25,709 bases of DNA from Terriglobales bacterium (GCA_035561375.1 DATMXT010000237.1:1-25709); one strand, 5' to 3'; positions 1 to 8,236 are shown, numbered from the stretch's first letter. Notes: generated by a model from the letters alone, not told the origin. Program-made: numbers and translations.

Positions 1-44
1 CATTTTCTCGGCTCTCAGAAAGGCCCGAGAAAATATGTTGATAT

Positions 45-76
45 CCTTATTTTTTAAACACGTTTAAAAAATAAGG
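45..76. repeat. Perfect AT-rich palindrome (15-bp arms, 2-nt centre); possible terminator or operator
   Basis: ccttattttttaaac-ac-gtttaaaaaataagg. A second hairpin, attttctcgg...ccgagaaaat, lies at about 2-34. Confidence 0.6.
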
Positions 77-120
77 CCAATGATATGCCGCCCGCCAGCG
101 CGAATTCACTTCGCGCGGTC

Positions 121-401
121 AAGGCGGTGGCAGCCCTCTACACACCGCACCTGCCCACGGCCCTATTCGGTGCTTTTCGCCTTGCCCGCCTTGCTTTGCG
201 TAAGCATTGTGGCTTCTGCCGTGACGAAAATCCCTCGAATATTGCTCCGGGGCGGGTGCGAAGCAGTTTTGGCGGAGCGGATTTTCGTTTGGGCAAGTAT
301 TGCCGTACAGCGAATACTTGCTGTATTCGCAAGCGGTTTGCGTAAAGCCCCGGCGGAAATACGACCGCCAAAATCGGTGCGGGGAGGACTATCGCCACCT
401 T
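121..401 (+). mobile_element. MITE-like structured intergenic repeat, copy A
   Basis: 159-341 aligns ungapped to the reverse complement of 25175-25357 (29 mismatches in 183 nt, about 84%, hand count). Ends 121-138 and 384-401 form a degenerate inverted repeat (13/18 Watson-Crick, all mismatches transitions). Confidence 0.7.
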
Positions 402-595
402 AGGGCATCGCTCACCTGGCGGAAAACCCCCAGGTTTTTCGACACTTTGGCCGCCTCTTTTTGGGGCGGCGCATTTTTGTAAAAAGTGGCAGGGCGGATT
501 TTCAGCATCCGCGCATGAACACCCTTCGCCTGCGCATACTGTCATTGTGGCACGCAAACTGTTTTGACACATCGTCTTGATAAGCGCGTGCCCAC

Positions 596-662
596 AGAAC
601 CATAGCTGGATGTACCCGACGGCAATAGCCTTAGGCTCTGCGTCCGGCTATGGTTCTTTTTT
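596..662 (+). terminator. Intrinsic terminator-like hairpin
   Basis: agaaccatagc (596-606) pairs perfectly with gctatggttct (647-657). The stem extends 8 bp with G-U pairs and is followed by a T6 run. Confidence 0.6.
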
Positions 663-728
663 ATTGACTCCATGACGAAGAGGGGGCGGAGGGTTATTGG
701 ACCTGCGTCCGCCTATGGTTCTTTTTTA
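638..728 (+). repeat. 26-bp direct repeat pair (638-663, 703-728), 25/26 identical
   Basis: ctgcgtccg(g/c)ctatggttctttttta occurs twice, 65 bp apart. Confidence 0.85.
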
Positions 729-791
729 AATTTTTGAAGGGTGTGCGCTCCGGAAAAACCTTTGTCCGCATTTCTTAACACGGCCGGCGGC

Positions 792-820
792 TGGACAAAG
801 TGACAACTTTATGTTATATT
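792..820 (+). promoter_or_regulatory. sigmaA promoter of the osmoprotectant ABC operon
   Basis: TGGACA (792-797), 17 bp, TG-n-TATATT (812-820). RBS GGAGG at 856-860. Confidence 0.65.
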
Positions 821-834
821 AGGGTTGTTGCTTT
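797..834. promoter_or_regulatory. Candidate BusR operator (bipartite inverted repeat)
   Basis: AAAGTGAC-N22-GTtgCTTT overlaps the -35/-10, and a busR-like gene ends the operon. The motif and spacing match my recollection of the streptococcal BusR site. Confidence 0.55.
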
Positions 835-868
835 TTGCGGCAAACTTAATGAGACGGAGGAAACCCAC

Positions 869-1888
869 ATGAAAAAATTCACTTTAGGACTCGCGTTCCT
901 GCTCCTGCTGGCCGTTTTTACGGGCTGCACGGCAAAGCCGGACGAAACGCCGGACGAGCCCGGCACACCGGTGACCATTGTCGTAACCGACAACGGCTGG
1001 GACAGCCAGAAGCTGCACAACGCGATCGCAAAACTTGTCGTTGAGCACGCATACGACGGATATGTGCTCTCCGAATCGACGGCCTCCTCCACGATGAACT
1101 GGCAGTCCTTAATCGCCGGCGAAGTCGACCTCGACATTGAAAGCTGGACCGACAACGTGGCCTCCTACCCGGATGACGTCGCAAACGGCGACATCATCGA
1201 CGTCGGCATTCTCGTGCCCGACAGCGCGCAGGGCCTCTATGTGCCCCGCTATGTCATTGAGGGCGACGCCGAGCGTGGCATTGAGCCCATGGCGCCCGAC
1301 CTGAAAACCGTCAAGGACCTCGCCAAGTACCCCGATGTCTTCCCGGACGACGAGAACGCGGCCCTCGGCCGCATTTACGGCTCCATTCCCGGCTGGATGG
1401 CCGACGAGGTGCTCTACAAGAAGTACGAGGCCTACGGCCTGGATGAATTTTATACTTACAACCGCCTTGGCAGCGAGGCCACGCTGTTCGCCTCTCTCGT
1501 GTCGGCCTACAACGTCGGCGACGCGTGGGTGGGTTACTGCTACGAGCCGACATGGGTGTCCGGCAAGCTGGACCTCGTGCTGCTTGAGGACGAGCCCTAT
1601 GACGCCGACCTCTTTGCCGAGGGGCTTTGCGAATTCCCCAAGCAGGCGCTCAAAATCGTCAGCAGCAACAAGTTTGCCGGCCGCGCCCCCGAACTCGTCA
1701 GCTTCTTTGAAAATTACGAGACCGGAAGCGCTCTGATCGCCTCGGCCCTGGCCCACCTCGACGAGACCGGCGCCACCCACGCCGAGACGGCGGTCTGGCT
1801 GCTGGGAGAAAACGACGCGCTGCTCGACTCCTGGCTTCCCGCCGAAAACGCAACCGCCCTTCGCGCATATCTTGCGACACTGAGCTGA
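869..1888 (+). CDS. Glycine betaine/proline ABC transporter substrate-binding lipoprotein (ProX/OpuAC family)
   Basis: Start moved from 800 to ATG 869 (GGAGG RBS). Lipobox LLAVFTGC. Motifs GWDSQ, DIESW, PRYVIEGD, PGW, YEPTW. Confidence 0.9.
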   Translation: MKKFTLGLAFLLLLAVFTGCTAKPDETPDEPGTPVTIVVTDNGWDSQKLHNAIAKLVVEHAYDGYVLSESTASSTMNWQSLIAGEVDLDIESWTDNVASYPDDVANGDIIDVGILVPDSAQGLYVPRYVIEGDAERGIEPMAPDLKTVKDLAKYPDVFPDDENAALGRIYGSIPGWMADEVLYKKYEAYGLDEFYTYNRLGSEATLFASLVSAYNVGDAWVGYCYEPTWVSGKLDLVLLEDEPYDADLFAEGLCEFPKQALKIVSSNKFAGRAPELVSFFENYETGSALIASALAHLDETGATHAETAVWLLGENDALLDSWLPAENATALRAYLATLS

Positions 1889-1975
1889 CGGCCGCGGGGT
1901 TTAACCCCGCGCCGCCGGCGGATACCTTGCGCCATTCTCATCGCGGCGACGGCCGCCCAAAGGAGCTGGTCTTAT

Positions 1976-2860
1976 TTGAACGAGTTTTTTAACAGCTATA
2001 TTCTGAACTTCCCGTCGGCCTGGCAGTTTCGGCCCTCCGACGCCCTCGACAACGCGGTCAAAGCCTTTTCCCGCGATCACCAGACCTCGCTGAAGGCCAT
2101 CAAGCAGGTCGTGATTGCGGGAATCGGCGGCATCCGCCGGCTGCTTCTTGCCACGCCCTGGATTGTGCTGGTGCTGATTGTCGTCGTCCTGGCCTGGCGG
2201 CTGACCAAAAAGCCTCTGGTCAGCCTGCTCTACGGCGGGATGCTCATCTTTATCGGCAGCTGCGGCTTTTGGGGCCACATGATCGAGAGCCTGAGCCTTG
2301 TCATCGTCAGCGTCATCCTGTGCATCCTGCTCGGGTTTCCGCTGGGGGTGCTGCTGGCCATGAGCAGCCGGGCCAATAAGCTCCTGCGCCCGGTGCTCGA
2401 CACCATGCAGACCATGCCCTCCTGGGTCTATCTCGTGCCGGCCGTCATTTTGTTTTTCACCGGCCTCACGCCGGCGCTGCTCGCCACCATGATCTACGCC
2501 ATCGTGCCGATGGTGCGGCTGACAAGCCACGGGCTCCTATACGTCGACGCCGAAATGATTGAGGCGGCGAGGGCCTTTGGCTCGACCAAGCTGCAGACGC
2601 TGGTCAAGGTGCAGATACCGCAGGCCATGCCGACCATCATGGCCGGCGTCAACCAGACCATCATGATGGCCATGTCGATGGTGGTCACCTGCGCCCTCAT
2701 CGGCGCAAACGGCCTTGGCATGGAGATTCTGCTCGCCGTCAACCGCGTCGAGATGAGCAAGGCGCTCTTCCCCGGCATCTGCATCGTCATTGTGGCCGTC
2801 ATCCTCGATCGGCTGACCCAGGCGCTGGTCAAAAAAAGCGAGGTGGGACAGGATGGATGA
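1976..2860 (+). CDS. Glycine betaine/proline ABC transporter permease (ProW/OpuAB)
   Basis: TTG start with AAGGAG RBS. Hydrophobic. LDTMQTMPSWVYLVP and EAARAFG (EAA loop) motifs. Confidence 0.92.
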   Translation: MNEFFNSYILNFPSAWQFRPSDALDNAVKAFSRDHQTSLKAIKQVVIAGIGGIRRLLLATPWIVLVLIVVVLAWRLTKKPLVSLLYGGMLIFIGSCGFWGHMIESLSLVIVSVILCILLGFPLGVLLAMSSRANKLLRPVLDTMQTMPSWVYLVPAVILFFTGLTPALLATMIYAIVPMVRLTSHGLLYVDAEMIEAARAFGSTKLQTLVKVQIPQAMPTIMAGVNQTIMMAMSMVVTCALIGANGLGMEILLAVNRVEMSKALFPGICIVIVAVILDRLTQALVKKSEVGQDG

Positions 2861-4085
2861 GGCAAAACACACGCTGCCCGCGGCCGAAAACCCGGCCGCG
2901 CCCGAGAGCGCCGTCAGTTACACGCTTGAGGCCGAGCACGTGACCAAAATTTTTGGGCACAATAAGGCCGCAGCCGCCCGCATGATGGAGGCCGGGGCCG
3001 CCAAAGACGAGGTCCACGCCAAAACCGGGGCCGCGGTCGCCCTGTGGGATGTATCTTTTCAGGTGAAAAAAGGCGAAATCTTTGTTATAATAGGTCTGTC
3101 GGGCTCCGGCAAGTCGACCATCATCCGCTGCTTCAACCAGCTCATTGCGCCGACTTCGGGCCACGTGAGATACGAGGGCGCCGACATCGGCGGCATGGAC
3201 AAGCGGCAGCTCACGGATTTGCGCCGCAACAAGGTCGCCATGGTGTTTCAGCACTTCGGCCTTTTCACCCACCGCACCGTCATGGAGAACGTCGCCTACG
3301 GACTTGAGGTGCGCGGCATGTCAAAGGCGCAGCGGGAGGCAAAGGCGATGGAGCTCATTGAGATGGTGGGCCTCAAGGGGTGGGAAGCCATGCCCATCTC
3401 CAACCTGTCGGGCGGAATGAAACAGCGGGTGGGCATCGCAAGAGCTTTGACAAACGACCCCGAGGTGCTGCTGATGGACGAGCCCTTTTCGGCCCTCGAC
3501 CCCTTGGTGCGCCGGGACATGCAGTTTGAGCTGCTGTCCATTCAGCGCAAGCTGAACAAGACCATCCTCTTCATCACCCACGACATCAACGAGGCCTTTA
3601 AGCTCGGGGACACCGTGGCCATCATGAAGGACGGAAAGGTCATTCAGATCGACACGCCCGACCGCATGTCGATGGCGCCGGCCGACGACTATGTGCGGCA
3701 GTTCATTGAGAGCGCCGACAAGTCGCAGGTGCTCAAAGTCCGGCACATCATGGTCACCCCGTCCTGCATGGTCAAAGAAAAGGACGACCCCGCCCACGCC
3801 ATACGGGAAATGCATCAAAACGGCGTCTCCAGCGCCTTTGTGGTCGACGCGAAAATGCGGCTGCAGGGTGTGCTGCACCTCAATGAGGCGCTGCGGGCCC
3901 TCAGTGAGAAAATCCCCATCGCGCCGCTGATTGAGCGGGACCCCGTGACGGCAGACCCCGACGCCGGCGTCGGCGACATCATGCCGCTGGCTGTGCGCAC
4001 CAAGTACCCCATCGCCGTCGTAGACGAGGGCGGCGTCCTCTTGGGCATCGTCAGCCGCGCGGCGGTCATCGCGTCCCTCATCTGA
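2853..4085 (+). CDS. Glycine betaine/proline ABC ATPase with tandem CBS domains (ProV/OpuAA)
   Basis: Walker A GLSGSGKS, signature LSGGMKQRVG, LLMDEPFSALDPL, H-loop ITHD, C-terminal CBS pair. Overlaps the permease stop. Confidence 0.95.
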   Translation: MDEAKHTLPAAENPAAPESAVSYTLEAEHVTKIFGHNKAAAARMMEAGAAKDEVHAKTGAAVALWDVSFQVKKGEIFVIIGLSGSGKSTIIRCFNQLIAPTSGHVRYEGADIGGMDKRQLTDLRRNKVAMVFQHFGLFTHRTVMENVAYGLEVRGMSKAQREAKAMELIEMVGLKGWEAMPISNLSGGMKQRVGIARALTNDPEVLLMDEPFSALDPLVRRDMQFELLSIQRKLNKTILFITHDINEAFKLGDTVAIMKDGKVIQIDTPDRMSMAPADDYVRQFIESADKSQVLKVRHIMVTPSCMVKEKDDPAHAIREMHQNGVSSAFVVDAKMRLQGVLHLNEALRALSEKIPIAPLIERDPVTADPDAGVGDIMPLAVRTKYPIAVVDEGGVLLGIVSRAAVIASLI

Positions 4086-4163
4086 CTTGACTGCGGCATT
4101 TCCTTTTTTGCGCAAACACAACATCACTGCGGGCCATGCCCGAAGGAGCGTCGAAACAGCGTC

Positions 4164-4805
4164 ATGGGAGAGTATGCCAAATTCGCGCCCGCGCGCTATC
4201 AGCAGGTGGCGGTGGACATCGCCTCGAAAATTGCGGACGGGCAGTACCAGGTGGGCGACAAGCTCTACGCCCGTTCGCAGGTGGCAAGCCAGTACTGCGT
4301 CTCCCCTGAGACGGCCAGGCGCGCCATCGCCATTCTCTCGGACATGGGCATTGTTGAGACGGCCAAGGGCAGCGGCGTGCTCGTGCGCTCCTATGAAAAG
4401 GCGCTGGCCTTTGTCCGGCACAGCCGCGACACCAACACCCTGTCGGAGCTCAGACAGTCGGCCGTCCGGCAGTCCGAACAGCTGGCCGGGGAGGTTGCGA
4501 AGCTGCGGGAGACCGTCGCCGACCTTGTCGACCACACCGACCAGTTCCACTTCACAAATCCGTTTGTCCCCTTCAAAGCCCCGATTGAGCCGCAGTCCAC
4601 CTGCATCGGGCTGAGCCTCTCGGAGCTGAACTTCTGGCACAACACGGCGGCCACCGTGGTAGCGGTGCGCCGGGGCGAGCGGCTGCTGCTCTCCCCGGGC
4701 CCCTACGAGGCGCTCAAGGCGGGCGACGTGCTCTATTATATCGGCGACGAGGGCTGCGCAGAGCGGGTCAAGCACTTCCTGCGCAACTTCTCGCCGCAAG
4801 GGTAA
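4164..4805 (+). CDS. busR: GntR wHTH + RCK_C/TrkA-C regulator (BusR-like)
   Basis: N-terminal RYQQVAVDIA...VSPETARRAIAIL. C-terminal LSLSELNFWHNTAATVVAVRRG..LLSPGP RCK_C domain. Lies after an opuA/busA operon. Confidence 0.85.
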   Translation: MGEYAKFAPARYQQVAVDIASKIADGQYQVGDKLYARSQVASQYCVSPETARRAIAILSDMGIVETAKGSGVLVRSYEKALAFVRHSRDTNTLSELRQSAVRQSEQLAGEVAKLRETVADLVDHTDQFHFTNPFVPFKAPIEPQSTCIGLSLSELNFWHNTAATVVAVRRGERLLLSPGPYEALKAGDVLYYIGDEGCAERVKHFLRNFSPQG

Positions 4806-4822
4806 GGTAAATATGGACGCTC

Positions 4823-4864
4823 AAAAAGCCCCTTGCTAAACAAATGTTTAGCAAGGGGCTTTTC
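4823..4864. terminator. Bidirectional intrinsic terminator
   Basis: aaaaagccccttgctaaac...gtttagcaaggggctttt between convergent busR and MFS genes. Confidence 0.92.
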
Positions 4865-4874
4865 ATGTGTTTGA

Positions 4875-6095
4875 TTATACCGTTTTCAAATCTGTTCTGC
4901 CCTTCTTTTCCCGCAAGGACGAGATCAGGGCCGCGGCCACAAGGCTGCTTGCGGCCCCGGCGAGGAAGGGCATGCGGGCCCCGCCCAGTCCCGACAGCGC
5001 CGACACGGCCACCGGGGCGAGCAGCGCCGAGACCACGGTGGACAGCAGCACGCAGCCGTAGTTGCCGCCGGCGTATTTGAGCCCGAAGAGGGCGCTTGTG
5101 AGGGTCGGATAGGTGGCGAGATACCCGCCGTAGCAAAAGGCTGTCGCAAAGCAGAGCAGCGGCACAAGCCAGCCGTTTGCCAGATAGAGCAGCACCATGG
5201 CGCAAAGGGTGGCGCCCTGAGACGCGAGAATGACCGGCCGCAGGCCGAATTTGTCGGAAGTCCAGCTCCCGACCAGCCTGCCGCAGGCGTTTGCAAGTCC
5301 GCAGAACATGACCGTGAGGGTGGCGGCGCGCACGGACAGGCCGCGCTCGACCACGAGGCTCTTGACCTGGGGCGACAGCATGAGGTAGGCCAAAACCGAG
5401 GCCAGCATGCCGAGGGAGAGCGGCCAAAACGAGCGGCAGCGCAGCATTTCGCGCGTCGTCAGGTCCCCCCCGCCCTCTTTGACGGGGGGCGGCGTGTACC
5501 CGGCCGGCAGATAGCCCGCAGGCGGGCGGTCGAAGCCGGCGGAGGCGACGAGCAAAATGGCGATGTAGGCGGCGCCCACCGCGAGGAAGGCCCCTTTGGC
5601 GCCCGCCCGGCCCAGCCAATACTCGGCATAGGGGCTGAAGACCAGCCCCGCGGCGCCCGCGCAGCCGACGACGCAGCCCATTGCGAACCCCCGCCGGTCG
5701 GGAAACCACATCTGAACCGACGGCAGCACGCAGTTGTAGGCGGCGCCGGAGCCCAGCGACATGACGGCGAAGACGAGGTAGAGAGGGATGGGGCCCATGC
5801 CGACCGCCACCGAGCAGAGCAGCATGCCCACTCCCAAAACGCCCGCCCCCATGACCCGCAGGACGGCCTTGGGGCCCGTCTTGTCGGCCAGGCGGCCGCC
5901 GATGAGGCCGCCGAAGGGGAACATGATCATGACAATGGAAAAGGGCAGCGAGGCCGCCTGCGGGGACCAGCCCATCGTCTCCACGAGGTAGAACTGGAAA
6001 ATGCTCCAAAAGTAGGGGGTCCCGAGCGACAGCATGGCCAGCATCCCGCAAATCAGCACGACCGCGCGATTTGCGGGACGTTTTATCTCCTCCAT
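4875..6095 (-). CDS. MFS transporter, oxalate/formate antiporter (OFA)-like
   Basis: About 12 hydrophobic segments. GRLADKTG and WTSDKFG loop motifs, WFPDRRGFAMG. ATG 6095 with GAGGTG RBS. Confidence 0.85.
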   Translation of the reverse strand: MEEIKRPANRAVVLICGMLAMLSLGTPYFWSIFQFYLVETMGWSPQAASLPFSIVMIMFPFGGLIGGRLADKTGPKAVLRVMGAGVLGVGMLLCSVAVGMGPIPLYLVFAVMSLGSGAAYNCVLPSVQMWFPDRRGFAMGCVVGCAGAAGLVFSPYAEYWLGRAGAKGAFLAVGAAYIAILLVASAGFDRPPAGYLPAGYTPPPVKEGGGDLTTREMLRCRSFWPLSLGMLASVLAYLMLSPQVKSLVVERGLSVRAATLTVMFCGLANACGRLVGSWTSDKFGLRPVILASQGATLCAMVLLYLANGWLVPLLCFATAFCYGGYLATYPTLTSALFGLKYAGGNYGCVLLSTVVSALLAPVAVSALSGLGGARMPFLAGAASSLVAAALISSLREKKGRTDLKTV

Positions 6096-6122
6096 AAACA
6101 CCTCTGAATGTCTTTTGTTATT

Positions 6123-7298
6123 TTATGCGCCCGCGGTGTAGTCCATCGCGTACTGCGCGTAGAGGCAGACCGAATAGAGTATTCCGTCCTCGTCAATCAT
6201 AAAGTTGCCGGCGTGGTGCGGCTTGTCGGCAAGTTTGGCGGGGTTGCCGACGCCGACAAAGGCCAGAAGCGAATCCGGGACCGCGTCCATCATATAGCAG
6301 AAGTCCTCGCCGCCCATCTGCATTTCGAAGGTGCCGATGGACTCCTCGCCAAAGCACTTGGTGAGGGCGCCGGCAGCCACACGGCTCGCGTGTTCAGGGT
6401 TGATGCAGGGGGTTGTGATCATGCGGTAGTCAATCCAGTCGGCCGTGCAGCGGTAGGCCGACGCGGTGTCCTTGATGATGCGCTCCATGATGCCCTTGAG
6501 CTTATCCTGGGTCTCGCGGCTGAAGGTGCGCACCGTGCCGTCCAGCACCGCTTCGCTTGCCAGCACGTTCCAGCGGGTGCCGGCGACGATTTTGCCGACC
6601 GTGACGGTCGTGGGCAGCATGGGCGAGAGCTCGCGGCTGATGATGGACTGCAAGTTGAGCAAAATGGAAGCCGTTGCCACGCCGGCGTCGACACCCTCGT
6701 TGGGCATTGCGCCGTGGCCGCCCTTGCCGGTGACCTTGAACTGGAAAATGCCCGCCGCAGCCATGCGGGGGCCGGCCTCAATCGAGACTTTGCCGAGCGG
6801 CAGCCCCGACCAGACGTGAATGCCTAAGACACTGTCGACGCCCTCAAGGCAGCCCTCTTTGAGCATGGCCTTGGCGCCGTCGGCCGTCTCTTCGGCCGGC
6901 TGGAAGAGCAGGCGCACTTCGCCCGAGAGCTCATCCCTCAGCTCGTTTAAAATTTTACCGGCGCCTAAGAGCCCCGCGGCGTGCGCGTCGTGTCCGCAGG
7001 CGTGCATGATGCCCTCGACCTTGGACTTGTAGGGGATGTCGTTGACCTCCTTGACGGTCAGGGCGTCGATGTCGCCCCGCAGCGCCACGGTCTTGCCCGG
7101 CTTTGCGCCTTTGATGGTGCCGACCACGCCGGTGCCCGCAACCACCTTGTAGGGAATTCCCATCTTTTCGAGCTCTTCGCAGATGCGCTTACTGGTGCGC
7201 TCCTCCTTTAAGCTGGGCTCGGGGTTCTCGTGGAACTCCCTGCGCATCGTCACGACGTAATCGTGATACTTTTCCGCCAGTTCTCTGACCTTTGTCAT
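6123..7298 (-). CDS. M20D-family amidohydrolase
   Basis: RREFHENPE, ALRGDIDAL, MHACGHDAH, FQPAEE, GKGGHGA, GGEDF, PHH. ATG 7298 with AAAGGCGG RBS. Confidence 0.93.
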   Translation of the reverse strand: MTKVRELAEKYHDYVVTMRREFHENPEPSLKEERTSKRICEELEKMGIPYKVVAGTGVVGTIKGAKPGKTVALRGDIDALTVKEVNDIPYKSKVEGIMHACGHDAHAAGLLGAGKILNELRDELSGEVRLLFQPAEETADGAKAMLKEGCLEGVDSVLGIHVWSGLPLGKVSIEAGPRMAAAGIFQFKVTGKGGHGAMPNEGVDAGVATASILLNLQSIISRELSPMLPTTVTVGKIVAGTRWNVLASEAVLDGTVRTFSRETQDKLKGIMERIIKDTASAYRCTADWIDYRMITTPCINPEHASRVAAGALTKCFGEESIGTFEMQMGGEDFCYMMDAVPDSLLAFVGVGNPAKLADKPHHAGNFMIDEDGILYSVCLYAQYAMDYTAGA

Positions 7299-7312
7299 GT
7301 TTTTACCGCCTT

Positions 7313-8236
7313 TCACCATTCTATTTGATTTGGTTCGTATAATCTCCTGTGCTTGAGCAGCGGCTTTTCAAGCCGGGCCGCAAAAGCCCTTACGCAGTCC
7401 TTGACCGGTTTTTTCATGTTGTCGTTGTAGACGACGGCGTCGATGCCGCCGTCAACGGTCTCCACCGCATGAAAGAGCTTTTCAAGTCCCGCCTCTTCCT
7501 CGTAGCCGCCGTTCACAAGCCAGATCGTGGGCAGGTAGTGCCCGACCGAAATGCCGGACGCGGCGTCCCTCAGGGAAGCTGAATAGGTCTCGTCGAAGTG
7601 AATGCCGCCGAGGGCCAAAATGGTCTTTGGCCGCGCCCCGGGCGCAAACACCTCTGTGAGTGCCCGTGCGATCGCCTCCTGGGCGACCGGATTTTCGAGC
7701 GTATCCTGCTCGGAGCCGATCTCGATGTCGAGCATGGGCACCGGATACTCTTCCAGCAGGGCCGTGTCGCTGCCGTGGATGGCCCCCGACCAGTGGGTGG
7801 CCTCGGTGTAGGCCGTGAAATCTTCGAGGCCGAGGGTTACCCGCCACTTTTCAAGCGCGACGGCGAGATTTTTCGTATAGAGGGGGTTTGACGGGGCGAA
7901 TTTGCCGGTGAGGACGTCCCCGATTGTGTGGACGGTCAGCACCTTGTCGGGCGCGTTTGCGCCGCCGTGCCAGTTGACATAGCCCGCGACGTCATAGTCC
8001 GCAAAATGGCCGTTCATCATAGGCAGGTATTTATCGTACCGGTGGCTGAGATAATAATCGCAGGAGACAAAGTCGAACCGGTCGCCGGCGCCGTCCACCC
8101 AGAAACAGGCCGGCATGCCGTCGACGACAAGTCCGCTCTCCTGTAAGGGCAAAAGGCTTTTCACCTTTTCTAAGACGCCTGTGGCGCAGGCGTCAAGCTC
8201 TTTTTTGGGGCAAAAGAAGTATACGGCCTTTTTCAT
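7313..8236 (-). CDS. dtdA: D-aminoacyl-tRNA deacylase of the archaeal/plant DtdA (DTD2/GEK1) family
   Basis: Family motifs in the correct order: VNWHGG, VLTVHTIGD, EATHWSG (cf. EATHHGP), DIEIGSE, LGGIHF, GHYLP. ATGA overlap with the racemase. Confidence 0.75.
   Translation of the reverse strand: MKKAVYFFCPKKELDACATGVLEKVKSLLPLQESGLVVDGMPACFWVDGAGDRFDFVSCDYYLSHRYDKYLPMMNGHFADYDVAGYVNWHGGANAPDKVLTVHTIGDVLTGKFAPSNPLYTKNLAVALEKWRVTLGLEDFTAYTEATHWSGAIHGSDTALLEEYPVPMLDIEIGSEQDTLENPVAQEAIARALTEVFAPGARPKTILALGGIHFDETYSASLRDAASGISVGHYLPTIWLVNGGYEEEAGLEKLFHAVETVDGGIDAVVYNDNMKKPVKDCVRAFAARLEKPLLKHRRLYEPNQIEW

Noticed and set aside
80-572. ORFs within repeat A (80-403, 85-345, 138-572, 300-482) and matching ORFs in repeat C (24813-25346 etc.), including a hydrophobic stretch resembling a type I toxin
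   Set aside because: The shared frame breaks by an indel after SGL, codon usage is atypical (cga, ata, gta), there is no RBS, and changes track hairpin loops rather than third codon positions. A short toxic peptide is not fully excluded.
596-728. Mini-CRISPR array (26-bp repeats, 39-bp spacer) with an upstream anti-repeat resembling a tracrRNA
   Set aside because: Only two repeats, both ending in poly-T, no cas genes in the window, and the anti-repeat simply closes a terminator hairpin.
490-730. c-di-AMP (ydaO) or SAM-I riboswitch ahead of the osmolyte transporter
   Set aside because: The GCUGAAUC and paired ydaO cores are absent. AGAG..GGCGGAGGG..TGG at about 679-700 resembles the SAM-I start, but the GCAAC/GGTGC/GAT elements are missing. 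The best promoter lies downstream.
800-868. Upstream starts given in the ORF track (800, and similarly 10293, 12971, 18558, 21741, 25011)
   Set aside because: They overlap predicted promoters or neighbouring genes. Downstream starts have clear RBSs and give family-typical N-termini.
4087-4115. Separate busR promoter from TTGACT at 4087
   Set aside because: No acceptable -10 at 16-18 bp spacing, so busR is more likely co-transcribed.
3321-6051. Long antisense ORFs 3321-4799 (-) and 4768-6051 (+)
   Set aside because: Shadow frames of GC3-rich real genes, with no motifs or RBS.
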